A stretch of DNA of 51,326 nucleotides from positions 1-51,326 of the forward strand of contig JBFMFU010000009.1 in assembly GCA_040751985.1 (NCBI GenBank), written 5' to 3'. The position numbers and the translations under genes were made by a program. Under the pieces are notes generated by a model. The model did not search any database and was not told the DNA's origin. It saw only the letters and a program-made list of their open reading frames with translations. How positions within the stretch are numbered: position 1 is the stretch's first letter; every line of letters starts with the position of its first letter. The stretch is from Thermodesulfobacteriota bacterium. GTDB lineage: Bacteria > Desulfobacterota > Desulfarculia > Desulfarculales > Desulfarculaceae. This document shows, piece after piece, positions 48,121 through 51,326 of this stretch.

Positions 48121-49446
48121 CTAGGCGCCCAGCGCCTCCTGGTTGAGCACCTTGTTCAAAAGAATCTGCAAGATGGTGTGGTCGGCCTCGATCATGCCCT
48201 GATTGCTCAGGGCGCCCAGGTTGCAGGCGGTGCGCTCCATGGTGGTGTCGATGATGCCGTCGGTGGGCTGCACCCGCACGCCCTGCAGGGCGAACAGGGC
48301 CGCCTGCACGGCGGTGCCGGCGGCGGTGGCCAGCTTGATGGCGCAGCCCGCCTTGGCCCCGTCGCAGACCACGCCGGCCAGGTCCTGGATCAGGTTCATG
48401 ATGGCCCCGGCCATGTGCTGCAGGTTGCCCCCCAATAGATAGGTGACGCCGCTGGCCGCCCCGGCCCCGGCGGCCACCGAGCAGCCGCACACCGCCGACA
48501 GTCGGCCGGTGTGGGTCTTGACGTAGGCGGTGACGATGTGGCTCAGGCCGATGGCCCGCAGGATGTCGTCGGAGGCGCACTCCACGTAGTCCTTGACTGC
48601 CCAGATGGGCAGCACCGCGGTCAGGCCGTGGTTGCCGCTGCCGGCCGAGGACATGGCCGGCAGCTTGACCCCAGCCATGCGGGCGTCGGCCGCCGCCGAG
48701 GTGAGCATACGGGCGGCCAGGATCATGTCCTTCTTGATCAGGCGCTGGCGCACCAGCCGGTCCATGGTCTTGCCCACGCCCAGGCCCGGCCCGTGCTTGA
48801 GGCCGTACTCGGCCAGGCGCAGGTTGTAGACCACGCTCTGTTCCAGGAACTTCAGGTCCTCCTCGTCCAGCTCGTCCACCAGGTCCAGGAAGCGCTCCAG
48901 GGACTGGCTGCGCAGCCAGTCCTCCAGGCGCAGGCGCTTGTCCTGGTCGTCCGGGCCCAGGCCGGCCAGCAGGGGGCTGTCGCTCACCGGCTTTCCGTCC
49001 AGGCTGAGGGAGGTGATGTTGTCGTGCATGTGGGTGATCTCGGACTCGGCCGTGTGGCCGCCGCCGGTGACCACGGTCTTGATGCGCAGGCCCCGCTCGC
49101 CCAAGAGGTTCAGCTTCACCTTCTTGGCGCGCAGCATTTCCTGCGCCTTTTTCGCCACCGGCTCGTCGATGGACTCCAGCACCTCCAGCTTGCGGGCCGG
49201 GTCGCCGCCCAGGGCGCCCAGGGCCGCGGCCAGGTCCAGGCCGAAGAGCCCGTTGGTGCCGGGAATGAGCACCGCGATGCCGTTCTTGTAGATGTTGGGG
49301 TCCACCCAGACCTCGATGGAGTCCAGGGGGACGCCGGGCAGCAGGGAGGCCGCGGCCGCGGCCCCCAGGGCGATGGCCACCGGCTCGGTGCAGCCCAGGG
49401 CCGGGGCCACCTCCATGCGCAGGATGTCTTTGACCGCAAAAGTCAT
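48121..49446 (-). CDS. UPF0597 / L-cysteine desulfidase (YhaM/CdsB) family protein
   Basis: MTFAVKDILRMEVAPALGCTEPVAIALGAA family N-terminus and conserved Cys (CGCSV, CDGAKAGC). GAGGAG RBS before the ATG at 49446. The track ORF is extended to 49527. Confidence 0.7.
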   Translation of the reverse strand: MTFAVKDILRMEVAPALGCTEPVAIALGAAAAASLLPGVPLDSIEVWVDPNIYKNGIAVLIPGTNGLFGLDLAAALGALGGDPARKLEVLESIDEPVAKKAQEMLRAKKVKLNLLGERGLRIKTVVTGGGHTAESEITHMHDNITSLSLDGKPVSDSPLLAGLGPDDQDKRLRLEDWLRSQSLERFLDLVDELDEEDLKFLEQSVVYNLRLAEYGLKHGPGLGVGKTMDRLVRQRLIKKDMILAARMLTSAAADARMAGVKLPAMSSAGSGNHGLTAVLPIWAVKDYVECASDDILRAIGLSHIVTAYVKTHTGRLSAVCGCSVAAGAGAASGVTYLLGGNLQHMAGAIMNLIQDLAGVVCDGAKAGCAIKLATAAGTAVQAALFALQGVRVQPTDGIIDTTMERTACNLGALSNQGMIEADHTILQILLNKVLNQEALGA

Positions 49447-49674
49447 GGTTGCTCCTCGATCCTCTGGGCAGGCGGCGGTTGCGGGCGGCGCGGCCGGCGG
49501 GAAGCGCCCCTGAGGCCAATTTACCACTTCCAGCGCCGGACTCTAGCTTTTTCGGCCCCCGGCGCGCCGGGGAGCAGCGGGAAATTGTTGGCCGTCGGGT
49601 CACTCCGGGCTTCCCAGGCCGCGCCGGGGGCATTATGATGGGGCCCGACGGCCGGGGTCCACCCCGGCCGGTGG

Positions 49675-51018
49675 TTGATTGCCTGGGGACGGAGACGCAT
49701 GCGGCGGCTGTGGCAGATCCTGGTTTGTACTTTGTTGCTGAGCGCCCTCGGCGGCCCAGCCGCGGCCGCCGGCCAGCCCGGCTGCCTGGAGTGCCACCAG
49801 GCTCCGGCCGCCCAGGCCGAGCGCGATAAGCTGCTGGGCCCCCACGCCCAGCTGGAGTGCACGGACTGCCACCAGGGCGTGTCCAAGTATCCGCATGAGC
49901 GGCCCGCCCTGGCCTCCTGTCTGGGCTGCCACAGCCCGCACTCCGAAGTCCAGATCGGCGACCTGCACGTCGGAGTGAGCTGCCAGGCCTGCCACTTCGC
50001 TGGCCTGACCCCGCAGCGGGCCAAGCCGGGCGGCCCGGTGATCGCCCGGCCGCCGGCCAACGGCGAGGGCTCCCTGGCCGTGCACCGGCTGGCCAAGATG
50101 GCTCGTCCCGCCTCCTGTGGCCGCTGCCACCACCCAGGCAACCAACTGGGCGCCGCGGCCGCGGTGCTGCCGGCCAAGGGCCTGCTCTGCCTGGCCTGCC
50201 ACACCGCCACCCTGACCCTGCCGGACTGGCCCTCGCGCCTGGCCCTGATGGTGCTGGTCCTGGGGCTGCTGTTGGTCCTGGGTTTCACGTTGAGCGGCAC
50301 CCGGGGCGGGGCCTTGGTCCTGCCCGGCGGCAAGGGGCCGGCGGAGCACCACGGCGCCGGCCTCTGGACCCGCCTGGGCCGCGGTCTGGCCGCCCTGGTG
50401 CTGGACGGACTTTTGCAGCGGCGGCTGTGGCGCTTCTCGCCCGGCCGGGGCCTGATCCACGCCCTGATCTTCTGGCCCCTGTTTCTGCGCCTGCTCTGGG
50501 CCCTGGCCGCCCTGGCCCTGAACCACTGGTGGCCGCAGGCGGCGCTGTCCCAGGCCATGCTCTACAAGAACCAGCCGGCCACGGCCCTGTTCTTCGACCT
50601 GACCGGCCTCATGATGCTGGCCGGGGTGGCAGCGGCGGCGCTGCGGCGGCGGCTGGGGCCGGCGCCGGTGGCGCCGGGCCTGCCCCGGCCGGACTGGTCG
50701 GCCCTGGCCCTGCTGGGCGGGGCAATGGTCATGGGTTTGGTGCTGGAGGCGGCCCGCCTAGCCATGACCGGCTGGCCGGCCGGCGGCGGCTGGGCCCCGG
50801 CCGGCTGGGCCCTGAGCCGGCTGCTCCAACCCGGCCCGGCCCTGCAAGAGGCCTACGCCTGGCTGTGGTACGCCCACGCGGTGCTCTACGCCGGCTTCGT
50901 GGCCTATCTGCCCTTCAGCCGCATGCTCCACATCATCACCGCGCCCCTGGTCCTGGCCCTGCGCGGGGCGGGCGGCCAGGCGGTCTCCGGCGGCTCAAAA
51001 TCCAGACCCGCGGGATAG
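49675..51018 (+). CDS. fusion of periplasmic hexaheme cytochrome c with a NarI/DsrM-like membrane cytochrome b domain
   Basis: Signal peptide. Six CxxCH motifs (CLECH, CTDCH, CLGCH, CQACH, CGRCH, CLACH). Then multiple TM helices ending in YLPFSRMLHIITAPL (cf. DsrM YFPFSKLMHLGGV). Confidence 0.7.
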   Translation: MIAWGRRRMRRLWQILVCTLLLSALGGPAAAAGQPGCLECHQAPAAQAERDKLLGPHAQLECTDCHQGVSKYPHERPALASCLGCHSPHSEVQIGDLHVGVSCQACHFAGLTPQRAKPGGPVIARPPANGEGSLAVHRLAKMARPASCGRCHHPGNQLGAAAAVLPAKGLLCLACHTATLTLPDWPSRLALMVLVLGLLLVLGFTLSGTRGGALVLPGGKGPAEHHGAGLWTRLGRGLAALVLDGLLQRRLWRFSPGRGLIHALIFWPLFLRLLWALAALALNHWWPQAALSQAMLYKNQPATALFFDLTGLMMLAGVAAAALRRRLGPAPVAPGLPRPDWSALALLGGAMVMGLVLEAARLAMTGWPAGGGWAPAGWALSRLLQPGPALQEAYAWLWYAHAVLYAGFVAYLPFSRMLHIITAPLVLALRGAGGQAVSGGSKSRPAG

Positions 51019-51155
51019 GGCAAGGAACCGGCATCGCTGGGCAAACATCGGCTTGCGCCGGCCCCAAGCGGAGGCTATGCTGTGGGCCAGGCCACGCGGC
51101 GACGCCGCCGGGCGGGTGCCAGGCAACCAGGCGAAACGGCTGTGGAGGAAGTGGA

Positions 51156-51326
51156 TGAGCAAGCTCGAGCAACTGCACATCAGCCAAGAGTTCCGGGATC
51201 AGATACGGCGGTGCTCGCGCTGCGGTTTTTGCCAGGCGCACTGTCCGGTGTTTGGTGCCACGCTGCGGCCGGCGTTGAACGCCCGGGGCAAGATGCTCCT
51301 GCTCAAGGAGGTGCTGGAGGGGCGGC
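51156..51326 (+). CDS. HdrD/DsrK-like CCG-domain Fe-S oxidoreductase (N-terminal fragment, continues beyond window)
   Basis: CSRCGFCQAHCPVF 4Fe-4S motif at the N-terminus, like DsrK/TmcB/GlpC. Confidence 0.6.

Noticed and set aside
48065-49638. 522-aa minus-strand and 375-aa plus-strand ORFs overlapping the cysteine-desulfidase-family gene
   Set aside because: Alternate frame or antisense. The 48121-49446 frame carries the family N-terminal signature and an RBS.

Overview
The window is a high-GC (about 65-70%) bacterial chromosome segment whose gene content points to a sulfate-reducing deltaproteobacterium (Desulfobacterota). That taxon is an inference from gene content, not a database match.

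Left third (1-11.3 kb): an unusual island of eukaryotic-like Ser/Thr protein kinases. There are three, two of them sharing near-identical DNA blocks. They are interleaved with proteins that all carry N-terminal CxxC...CxxC zinc-ribbon modules: an ImmA/IrrE-type metallopeptidase, an SPFH/flotillin-like coiled-coil protein, a kinase-FGE/sulfatase-modifying fusion and a double-FHA protein. An MA-type metallopeptidase is also present.

11.5-16.5 kb: a truncated Mu-like transposition module (repressor, Ner, MuA-like DDE transposase, MuB-like AAA+ ATPase) and an AT-rich repeat-bearing region. It ends at a tRNA-Arg(CCG) gene with a bidirectional terminator hairpin.

Middle: uspA, then a complete dsrMKJOP operon (minus strand) flanked by a small triple Cys-repeat protein and an RsbRD_N-like gene. 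Downstream lie a 2-hydroxyacyl-CoA-dehydratase-like cluster with its activase, an AKR-FeS oxidoreductase and a divergent HMG-CoA-lyase-like gene.

Right half: a sigma-54-dependent nitrogen-fixation cluster, nifA, nifH-nifI1-nifI2-nifD-nifK-(nifB-like)-fdx-nifE-nifN-nifB, with three ATGA-coupled gene junctions. The extra NifB-like paralog has lost the radical-SAM cysteine triad. After nifB come M20 and M24 peptidases, an Sdh/Frd-like flavoprotein with a stand-alone 2Fe-2S subunit, and an L-cysteine-desulfidase-family gene. The window closes with a hexaheme cytochrome c fused to a NarI/DsrM-like membrane domain and the start of an HdrD-like Fe-S protein.

Most other ORFs in the six-frame track are GC-driven antisense or alternate-frame artifacts.
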